From NCBI GenBank assembly GCA_963716945.1, contig OY970322.1:240001-272000 (forward strand): a stretch of DNA of 32,000 nucleotides. Reading direction: 5' to 3'. Under the pieces are notes generated by a model that did no database searches, was not told where the DNA came from, and was given only the letters and a program-made list of their open reading frames with translations. Origin of the DNA: Candidatus Saccharimonadota bacterium. GTDB taxonomy: Bacteria > Patescibacteriota > Saccharimonadia > Saccharimonadales > UBA4665. The position numbers and the translations under genes were made by a program. This document shows, piece after piece, positions 1 to 6,781 of this stretch (its first letter is position 1; each line of letters starts with the position of its first letter).

Positions 1-1
1 T

Positions 2-184
2 GCCGCCCAGAGCCTTCTGGACAGAGGCGTACGGGGCGAAAATATCACCCGTTCGGCTATTGATACTTTTTCCCACCCCGACTACTTTTCTTTCGTAGAA
101 CATGCTGCCAGCGGAGGGGCTGTTCCCGATGGCCGCAATGGTTTTATAGCCGTATTGAGACAACAAGAAGTGCAGCCGGCGTGA
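2..184 (+). CDS. 3' end of a truncated upstream ORF, product unknown (strand assignment unresolved)
   Basis: The frame is open from the window edge to TGA at 182-184. That stop overlaps the GTG of the next ORF in a GTGA junction, which is typical of operon coupling. However, the exactly antisense frame is also open from 280 to the left edge (candidate ATG at 103-101, minus strand), and by my hand count it has the higher third-position GC. Either strand could be the real gene. It is absent from the ORF track because it is truncated. Confidence 0.25.
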   Translation, partial: AAQSLLDRGVRGENITRSAIDTFSHPDYFSFVEHAASGGAVPDGRNGFIAVLRQQEVQPA

Positions 185-1122
185 GTAATTCGGAAACGGC
201 AATCGCCGCGCCAACGTTTTACGGACAGCACCAGGAACAACTACGCAGGCTGTTTGAAATAACCGGTCTGCCCGAAGAAGTCAGCGCGGACTTGCCGATG
301 GCCGTAGAGGCCACCCAGCCCTGGGTACGGGGCGATCACTCCCGGCCCGAGCATAGGTTCAGGTTCAAAGACCCGGAATCGGCCGAGCTGCACGATATCT
401 ACGGCGACTTGGGCTTGCGTGACGCCCATGACCTGCCAGCCGGCACCTACCAGCACGCCATCTTGCTCGGGGGTGTCCACCGGGGTAACAACCGGCGCCT
501 GGGGTTTATGAACCAAGTGTTAACGAGCGGCACCGTCATCGTCGAGGATATTACCCTTCTCGGCGGTGAACGCCGGGTTTACCCGGAAGTCGAAATCGAG
601 GACATAGAGAACAACCTGCACGCCCTTAGAAACGTCGATGAGCCCTGGCTCGACCGCCTGAGAAACAGCAAGGTCGAGTCGTGGTGGGAAACGGACCTGT
701 TGCGGCTCGCTGCCACCGTCCGGCTTGGACGGCTGTCCGTTGCCGGGCGTGAATACGAGCCGTTAAACTCCCGCTACCGGCCTCATCGCCAAACCTTCAC
801 TTGGCGCAAACTGCCGTTGGCCATCATGCATACCCTGGCGGTTGCCCGGCAGGGAGAACCGCGGCATACCACCGAGGCCTGCGTGCGCGACTGGCTGGAC
901 ACCATGCTGCCGGCCGATAATGCACGCGTGGCGTTCTTCGGTGCCAACCCGCACCTTACACGAATGGGCAGGTCCGCCCAAGCCGTTTTGCGGGCCCAAG
1001 GCAGGCCGGACATCGATCTGGTCGTTGCCGGCCCGGCGTCGGTCGAGGGGCTGGGCCATGGCCATTATTTGGGCGAGGTCGCCCGCCAATTGTACGAGGA
1101 TAAACGTTTGCTAGAGGCGTGA
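181..1122 (+). CDS. hypothetical protein, 313 aa (weak YdcF/SanA DUF218-like motif order)
   Basis: Long ORF with a GTG start in a GTGA overlap and codon usage like its neighbours. The motif order HAILLGG..NNRRLGF..ITLLGGER, then HTTEAC, then VAFFGANPHLTRMGRSA resembles DUF218. This is pattern recognition only; no search was run. Confidence 0.6.
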   Translation: MSNSETAIAAPTFYGQHQEQLRRLFEITGLPEEVSADLPMAVEATQPWVRGDHSRPEHRFRFKDPESAELHDIYGDLGLRDAHDLPAGTYQHAILLGGVHRGNNRRLGFMNQVLTSGTVIVEDITLLGGERRVYPEVEIEDIENNLHALRNVDEPWLDRLRNSKVESWWETDLLRLAATVRLGRLSVAGREYEPLNSRYRPHRQTFTWRKLPLAIMHTLAVARQGEPRHTTEACVRDWLDTMLPADNARVAFFGANPHLTRMGRSAQAVLRAQGRPDIDLVVAGPASVEGLGHGHYLGEVARQLYEDKRLLEA

Positions 1123-1920
1123 TTTGGTCTGTCCCGTGGCCCGGGCATTAAGAGGCAGCTTCTCATAGCCCGGCAAAAGTTTCTGCCCCCGTTCAAGCAG
1201 TTTGAACAATTCTTTGAAAGAATCGGCTATTTGCTGACTTTCAATCAATAGGCCCAAGGCCTCCTGGCCATACGAAATTATGTACAGCTTATTATCGAAG
1301 GCTCCCCATTCGACAGGCGTGGTGTAGTCGGTTTCCTTGAGCCAAGTACGCTTGAGCAGCACTAACGGGTCTTTCTGGCGGTAGTCCTTTGGAGCTGCCG
1401 GCACGTCGGCAGTCAGGGCCCGCCGGCTGACATTTTTGTTGGGGGCCAGCATCCGGAGGTTGTGCATGGTAGGGAAGCCGTAAAAATCTATGCCCGACTT
1501 GGTGTTAACGTAAACGACCTCCTCTTTGGACTTGGCAATGGCCTCGAAAATCTGCCGGATTTCCGACTCGCCCTGGAAGTAGCGGATCCCCGGCTGCTCA
1601 TGCGTCTTGTAAAACTTCTGGATCAGCTGCTGTGATTCGGTTTCCAGGGCCGCCCCAGAAGCTTCTCTGGCAGCATGCTGTTCACGGGCTAGCTCCATCA
1701 GGCGTGACGGGTTGGCCGCCCGGTAGTGCAGTTTTTTATCTTTGTCGAAGCGCTCGGCCAGTTTGTACGCCACCAAATTATCGAGAATCTTATAGCAGTT
1801 TGTGCGGGTTTCGTGGACGTAACGGGCTAATTCGGCCGGTTTCCAGTCCTTCTTTTCCAGCAGCGCGGCGTAGCATTTTGACTCTTTGGCCGTAAGTCCG
1901 GCAGCTGTTAAATCAATCAT
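1111..1920 (-). CDS. TrmB-family (sugar-sensing type) transcriptional regulator
   Basis: The N-terminus LTAKESKCYAALLEKKDWKPAELARYVHETRTNCYKILDNLVAYKLAERFDKDKKLHYRAANPSRL matches the TrmB winged-HTH pattern (L..E.KvY.aLL..g..ta.ela...g..r..vY..L..L...Glv......k..Y.a..P). It is followed by a C-terminal effector-type domain. Its 3' end overlaps the convergent ORF by 12 nt. Confidence 0.8.
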   Translation of the reverse strand: MIDLTAAGLTAKESKCYAALLEKKDWKPAELARYVHETRTNCYKILDNLVAYKLAERFDKDKKLHYRAANPSRLMELAREQHAAREASGAALETESQQLIQKFYKTHEQPGIRYFQGESEIRQIFEAIAKSKEEVVYVNTKSGIDFYGFPTMHNLRMLAPNKNVSRRALTADVPAAPKDYRQKDPLVLLKRTWLKETDYTTPVEWGAFDNKLYIISYGQEALGLLIESQQIADSFKELFKLLERGQKLLPGYEKLPLNARATGQTKSRL

Positions 1921-1926
1921 CTATCA

Positions 1927-1935
1927 AGCTTAACA
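1927..1935 (-). promoter_or_regulatory. extended -10 (TGtTAAGCT) 6 nt upstream of the trmB-like ATG; leaderless geometry
   Basis: The minus strand reads TGTTAAGCT-tgatag-ATG(1920). There is no purine-rich SD. Confidence 0.45.
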
Positions 1936-2005
1936 CAGTTTAGTCTTTTTGTGAATTAAAAATATACAAAAAAGCCATATCATCTATAAATTAACGTATT
2001 ATTAA

Positions 2006-2033
2006 GTCAAATATTATTGACATAAATAGTCAA
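2006..2033. promoter_or_regulatory. operator-like inverted repeats GTCAA-6-TTGAC-7-GTCAA overlapping the -35 and spacer of the 2079 promoter
   Basis: GTCAA lies at 2006-2010, TTGAC at 2017-2021 and GTCAA at 2029-2033. There is also a duplicated TATTATT. All of this lies in a very AT-rich 158-nt divergent spacer. Confidence 0.4.
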
Positions 2034-2045
2034 GAGCATTATAAT
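2017..2045 (+). promoter_or_regulatory. perfect sigma70-type consensus promoter TTGACA-17-TATAAT
   Basis: TTGACA is at 2017-2022, followed by a 17-nt spacer and TATAAT at 2040-2045. AAGGAG (2062-2067) lies 11 nt before the ATG at 2079. Confidence 0.7.
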
Positions 2046-2078
2046 AAACCGTTCAGTAAGCAAGGAGCGAGTGATTCG

Positions 2079-3056
2079 ATGAGCGAGCTACAGGTAGTCA
2101 GATTCGATAATTTTAGGGTTGGGGTTGATTCCGTGCATGGAATCGGCGCCGTGCCGGATCCCGATACCGCTAAATCCGGTCCGGGTGTCGCTGAGGATAT
2201 AAAGACGGCTTTCGGCTATGAAGGCGATGACCTTGGCGGCCTGATCGGCCATGTCGCTCCGCACCGGGAATTGCAGCTCAATATCGATTTCGCCAAAGCC
2301 ACGCTCTCCGATCCGGCCGTCCAGGCCCGCTTAGGCCAGGAGGGCAGAACGGCTGCCGAGATTGCCCGGAGCTGGAGCGAGAGGTCGGGCCTGCAGACAG
2401 AAGTCTTCAGGCCGTTCATGAGCCCGGCCGACGGACCGGTTGAGAGGTTTGAGGCTGCCGAAATACCTGAACGCGTGCCCAACTGGCTGGAGCGGATGGG
2501 CGACACGGCCATCAAGCTGGGCAGGCAATACCCGATTGGCATACTGGCGCTGGCCTCATCGGACCGCGAAATCGGTCCTGACGAGAAGCCCGGCGTAGCC
2601 GAAGGCACCCCCTCCGAAAGCTACATGGAACAAACTTTGCTGCCGAGGCTTGAAGCGGGTAGAACGCGGGAAGAGGCCGAGGCCGGTGACGATAGCGGCC
2701 GCCCCGTCTTCGGCAGTGTCGAGATGATTAAAACCGGCGAAAAGGCCGGCGACGCGGTCATGGCCGGAGCCGCCGCAGCGCTGGCCGAGCGGGGAATAGA
2801 CCTGGCGACCGCCAAAATAGTCGTCTTCTCGGTCGCCGGCAACTGGATGCAAACCGGGGTCCAAGCTCGGCAGGGTTTGCAAACCGTTTATCCTGATTTT
2901 GACAGGGACCCGGCCGACCGGCAGCTATGGGTCAAGAGCGATACTTTTCCGATAGGCCTGACCGGCGACGAACCCAAAACCACTCACCAAAACCCGTTTA
3001 GCGCCATCGGCAATGTCCTGAGGGGCATTAAGCTGCTTGACGAAGTGCGCGGCTAG
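2079..3056 (+). CDS. hypothetical protein, 325 aa, no recognisable family
   Basis: Long ORF with a strong SD and a consensus promoter. It is acidic and has no TM segments. I recognised no motif. Its stop shares CTAG with the convergent ATPase stop. Confidence 0.7.
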   Translation: MSELQVVRFDNFRVGVDSVHGIGAVPDPDTAKSGPGVAEDIKTAFGYEGDDLGGLIGHVAPHRELQLNIDFAKATLSDPAVQARLGQEGRTAAEIARSWSERSGLQTEVFRPFMSPADGPVERFEAAEIPERVPNWLERMGDTAIKLGRQYPIGILALASSDREIGPDEKPGVAEGTPSESYMEQTLLPRLEAGRTREEAEAGDDSGRPVFGSVEMIKTGEKAGDAVMAGAAAALAERGIDLATAKIVVFSVAGNWMQTGVQARQGLQTVYPDFDRDPADRQLWVKSDTFPIGLTGDEPKTTHQNPFSAIGNVLRGIKLLDEVRG

Positions 3057-5824
3057 CTGGCGGCCCGGCTCTGGACACTGCGGGGTCGCCGCTGCAGCAG
3101 CCTGAAGACCATGTACAGGCCGGCGCAGCCTAGGGCGGTCAGCCAGTCGGCGGCGTTGAGCGGCCCGGCGCTGAAGTAGGGTTGGACCCAGGGGTTATAG
3201 ATTATATTGCCGATCAGCAGGAAGGACAGGGCGAAGGCGACGAGTAACTTTTTGTTGCTCCATAAGTAGCTCGTGAAGAATTTTTCGTGGGCGCCGGAAC
3301 GTTCGAACATCAGGTAGACGTAGAGGCAAAGCACCAGGGTCAGGTAGGTCAGGGTCGTCGCCTGGTGGTAAAGCGGCTGGGCGGTGTCGAAATAGCGCGG
3401 ACTGATATGGTGCCGGGCGAAGAAGAACAGGAAGTTCTCGTAGCTCAGGGCGGCTGCCAAAGCACCGAAGCCGACGAAGCCGCCGATGGCCGCCCGGCTA
3501 ATGATGTGGTCGTCCAGGTCGCGCGGCCGCTCGTGCATGAGTTTGCCCTGGGCCGAGTCCCAGCCGAGGGCGGTTATCGGCAGGATTTGGGCGACGACGT
3601 CGATCGCCAGGATCTGGATAGGGGCTATGGCCGGGGCGATATGGAAGACGACCAGGGCGGCCAAGCCGGCCAGGACGGTGAACAATTCGCCGGCGTTGTC
3701 GGTCAGGGCGCAGCGGGCGGCCTTCTTGATGTTCTGGAAAGTCAGCCGGCCCTGTTCAATGGCGTCCACCAGCGTGTCGAAGCTGTCATCCAGCAGTACG
3801 ATATCGGCGGCGTCCTTGGCGACGTCGGTACCGGTGCGGCCCATGGCGACGCCGATATCGGCCCGTTTCAGGGCGGGGGCATCGTTGATGCCGTCGCCGG
3901 TCACGGCTACGACGTGGCCGCTTTGTTTGACAAGTTCAACGATCCGCAGCTTGTCCTCGGGTGCGACGCGTGAGAAAACCGCGCCGCCATGGCCCACCAA
4001 TTGCATGATTTGGCTGTCAGCCAGCTTGTCCAGTTCGTCGCCGAGGATAATCGTGATGTCATCGGCCAGGCCGGCTTTGCGGGCGATGGCTTTGGCGGTG
4101 GTCGGGTAGTCGCCGGTGATAATCGAGACTTTGACGTGGGCGGCATGGGCGGCGCGCATGGCGGCCGGCACGGCTTCGCGCAGCGGGTCGACCATGCTGA
4201 CCATGCCGAGGAAAGTGAAGTCCTGCTCGACCTCTTCCATATTCGGTTTCTTGAGGTCGGTTTTGGCCGGCAGGACGCGGTAGCCGAAAGCCAGGTTGCG
4301 CATGGCGGAGTGGGCCTGCCGCTCGTTGTAGTCATTGAAAAACTTTCGGTCGGCAGTTGTCAGTTTGCGGATGTGGCCGTGGTCCCAGATATTGCGGCTG
4401 CGGCTTAGGACGCTTTCGGGGGCGCCTTTGACGAACACGACTACCTGCTTGCCGTCGCGCCGGACCGAGCTCATCAGCTTGCGCGCCGAGTCGAACTGGA
4501 ACTCCTTGATCTCCGGCTTGTCGGCTTCCTGGGCGGCGATGTCGATGCCGGCTTTGCGCGCTAAGGTAATCAGCGCGCCTTCGGTCGGATCGCCGACGAC
4601 GTACCAGGTCAGGTGTTCGTTGTCGGGCGGATCGACCTTGGCGTTACTGGCCAGGGCCGCCGTCACGAAAAAGAGTTCCAGCCCGGCCAGCGTCTTATCG
4701 CTTAATTTTTCGCCGTGTTCGGTGACTATCTGGCCGTTAGCTTCGTAACCGGTGCCGGTGACACGGTAATGCTTGCGGCCGATTAACAGCTGCTCGACGG
4801 TCATTTCGTTCTTGGTCAGGGTGCCCGTTTTGTCAGTCAGGATGAAGTTTGTCGCGCCGAGCGTCTCGACGGCCGATAACTTTTTGACCAGGGCCCGGGC
4901 TTTGGCCAGCCGGGCGGCGGTTTGGGCCAGGGTGATGTTGACTTCGGCTACCAGGCCGTTGGGTATCATAGCCGCGCCGATACCGATGCCGAACAGGATG
5001 GCGGCATGCAGGCCCAGGTCGGCCTTAAAGGCAATGACGGCCAGGATAAGCGCGACCAGCACGGTGCCCTGGGCCAGCCGGGCGGCCAGGTTGTTCATTT
5101 CCTTCTGGAGCGGGGAGGCTTCGCTGCGGGTGGTCTGGCTGAGGCCGGCGATTCGTCCCAGCTCGCTGCGCATGCCGGTGCCGATGACCACGCCGTGACC
5201 GGTGCCGGTCGCCACGGTCGTGCCCATGAACAATAGGTTGTGCCGGTTGCCGAGCGGCACGTCGGCGCTGATGGCATGGACGAACTTGCGGCTGGGGTTG
5301 CTTTCGCCGGTCAGGGCGAAGTCGTTAGTGCTCAGCTCGGCCTCGTCGAGGACCCGCACATCGGCCGGTACGCTGTCGCCCTCTTCTATATATATGACGT
5401 CGCCGGGCACCAGTTCGGTCGAATCTATCTCCTCGACCAAGCTGCCGCGCAGGACCTTGGCTTGCGGTACCAGCAGTTGTTCCAGGCTCTTCATCAGCGT
5501 TTCGGCCTTGTGTTCCTGGAAGAAACCGACGAAAGCGTTCATGGCGGCAATAGCGATCAGGATGGTCGCCGTTTTGCCATCCTTGAGGTAAAGCGAAAAG
5601 GCGGCGCTGGTCAGCAGCATGATTACCAGCAGGTTTTTGAATTGGCGGAAGAAGGTTATGACGGCCGGCTCGTGTTTCGACCTTTCCAGGACGTTGCCGC
5701 CCAGCTGCCTCAAACGTTCGCCGGCCTCTTTGGCCGACAGGCCCTCGCGCCTGGAGTGCAGCTGTTCGAGAACTTCGTCGGCACTCAAGCGGTAATAGTT
5801 GAGTCGTTTGTGTTCCGGGTTCAT
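3053..5824 (-). CDS. cation-transporting P-type ATPase (P2 type, ion specificity uncertain)
   Basis: Motifs TGES, DKTGTLT, SIITGD and TGDGINDAPALKRADIGVAMG are present, with about 10 TM segments. The TM4 motif reads IPNGL instead of IPEGL. Confidence 0.95.
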   Translation of the reverse strand: MNPEHKRLNYYRLSADEVLEQLHSRREGLSAKEAGERLRQLGGNVLERSKHEPAVITFFRQFKNLLVIMLLTSAAFSLYLKDGKTATILIAIAAMNAFVGFFQEHKAETLMKSLEQLLVPQAKVLRGSLVEEIDSTELVPGDVIYIEEGDSVPADVRVLDEAELSTNDFALTGESNPSRKFVHAISADVPLGNRHNLLFMGTTVATGTGHGVVIGTGMRSELGRIAGLSQTTRSEASPLQKEMNNLAARLAQGTVLVALILAVIAFKADLGLHAAILFGIGIGAAMIPNGLVAEVNITLAQTAARLAKARALVKKLSAVETLGATNFILTDKTGTLTKNEMTVEQLLIGRKHYRVTGTGYEANGQIVTEHGEKLSDKTLAGLELFFVTAALASNAKVDPPDNEHLTWYVVGDPTEGALITLARKAGIDIAAQEADKPEIKEFQFDSARKLMSSVRRDGKQVVVFVKGAPESVLSRSRNIWDHGHIRKLTTADRKFFNDYNERQAHSAMRNLAFGYRVLPAKTDLKKPNMEEVEQDFTFLGMVSMVDPLREAVPAAMRAAHAAHVKVSIITGDYPTTAKAIARKAGLADDITIILGDELDKLADSQIMQLVGHGGAVFSRVAPEDKLRIVELVKQSGHVVAVTGDGINDAPALKRADIGVAMGRTGTDVAKDAADIVLLDDSFDTLVDAIEQGRLTFQNIKKAARCALTDNAGELFTVLAGLAALVVFHIAPAIAPIQILAIDVVAQILPITALGWDSAQGKLMHERPRDLDDHIISRAAIGGFVGFGALAAALSYENFLFFFARHHISPRYFDTAQPLYHQATTLTYLTLVLCLYVYLMFERSGAHEKFFTSYLWSNKKLLVAFALSFLLIGNIIYNPWVQPYFSAGPLNAADWLTALGCAGLYMVFRLLQRRPRSVQSRAAS

Positions 5825-5876
5825 GCTTATGCTTCATTATATATACATCCGGTTAGTTTGCCGCCGGCCGGTGCTT

Positions 5877-5882
5877 TACAAT
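5877..5882 (+). promoter_or_regulatory. -10 box TACAAT 6 nt upstream of the ATG at 5889 (leaderless geometry)
   Basis: The sequence reads TACAAT-tagtct-ATG. There is no SD. Confidence 0.45.
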
Positions 5883-5888
5883 TAGTCT

Positions 5889-6404
5889 ATGGCTGACAAA
5901 ACGCAGCTGCGGCAGCAGCTTAGGCAGGCCCGTTTATCATTAAGCGACGGCGAACGCGTCCTCAAGAGCCGGGCAATCGTCGAATGCCTGGCCGGGCTGA
6001 CTGACTGGTCGGCCGTCAAGGCTCTGAACTATTTCGAGCCGATGCACAACCTGCTCGAAGTCGATATCCGCGACTTCATAACCGGACTGGAGGACAATTA
6101 TCCAGATATGAAGCTGTCGATGCCGAAGCTGATCGGCGGCAAGTGGGAGGTAGTATCGGTGCGGGGCGGACGGCCGCCCGGCCGGTTTGACGTCATTATC
6201 GTGCCGATGCTGGGGTTTGACCCGGCCAGCCTGCACCGGATCGGTTACGGCGGCGGTTATTATGATAAATTCCTGGCGGACCAGCCGCAGGCCAGGAAAA
6301 TCGGCGTCTGTTTCGAATCCGGCAAACTCGCGGACCTTCCGGCCGATGCCCATGACGTTGCCCTGGACAGCATAGTCACGGAGCTGGCGGTTTATACGAA
6401 GTAG
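5889..6404 (+). CDS. 5-formyltetrahydrofolate cyclo-ligase family protein
   Basis: FDVIIVPMLGFDPASLHRIGYGGGYYDKFL matches the family signature (vPgvaFD..G.RlGyGgGyYDrfL). The 171-aa size is typical. Confidence 0.85.
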   Translation: MADKTQLRQQLRQARLSLSDGERVLKSRAIVECLAGLTDWSAVKALNYFEPMHNLLEVDIRDFITGLEDNYPDMKLSMPKLIGGKWEVVSVRGGRPPGRFDVIIVPMLGFDPASLHRIGYGGGYYDKFLADQPQARKIGVCFESGKLADLPADAHDVALDSIVTELAVYTK

Positions 6405-6474
6405 AGAGAGCGCTTAATTACTGCCGGCGGCGCTTGCTGTAAAATTAAGAATGTAAATTTTTCAGGAGCAGTTT

Positions 6475-6732
6475 ATGCCGCCGCGTTTTGAAGGTCCCGG
6501 TGATAGCGCGCCCGAAGTTTCGGGTCCCGATCTTGAAGCCGGCGAGCTGCCCGGCCCGATGACGGAAGATGAGCTGGCCAGGTCGGCGGCCCTGCGGCAA
6601 CGCCGGGAAGTCACTCAGGTCAGGTTGAATGATTTGTTCGGCAGGCTGCATGCCGAGCCCGAGCCGGGCATTGATTGCATCGACGTGCCGACCGGCGGCA
6701 GCCGGCTGCCTTATCGCCTTTATATGAACTAA
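6475..6732 (+). CDS. small hypothetical protein, 85 aa, Pro/Glu-rich
   Basis: AGGAG (6464-6468) lies 6 nt before the ATG. Codon usage is like its neighbours. No homology was recognised. The competing minus ORF 6620-7318 is antisense to polA. Confidence 0.45.
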   Translation: MPPRFEGPGDSAPEVSGPDLEAGELPGPMTEDELARSAALRQRREVTQVRLNDLFGRLHAEPEPGIDCIDVPTGGSRLPYRLYMN

Positions 6733-6768
6733 ACCTTATCCGCTTATGCGGCCTTGAGGTACTTAGCG

Positions 6769-6774
6769 TATAGT
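6769..6774 (+). promoter_or_regulatory. -10 box TATAGT 7 nt upstream of the polA ATG (leaderless geometry)
   Basis: The sequence reads TATAGT-tagaggt-ATG(6782). Confidence 0.4.
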
Positions 6775-6781
6775 TAGAGGT

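Noticed and set aside
3287-5896. Several long plus-strand ORFs (3287-3973, 3486-4109, 3989-4408, 4335-4748, 4773-5198, 5202-5591, 5240-5896) opposite the P-type ATPase
   Set aside because: They are antisense to a gene with unambiguous P-type ATPase motifs. Their translations are Arg/Ala/Gly/Ser-rich with no motifs. This is typical of spurious open frames in GC-rich DNA.
6413-6461. Inverted repeat CTTAATT...AATTAAG followed by ATTTTT after the 5-FCL gene, considered as an intrinsic terminator
   Set aside because: The stem is only 7 AT-rich base pairs with a 23-nt loop, and the T-run is not adjacent. This is too weak to call.
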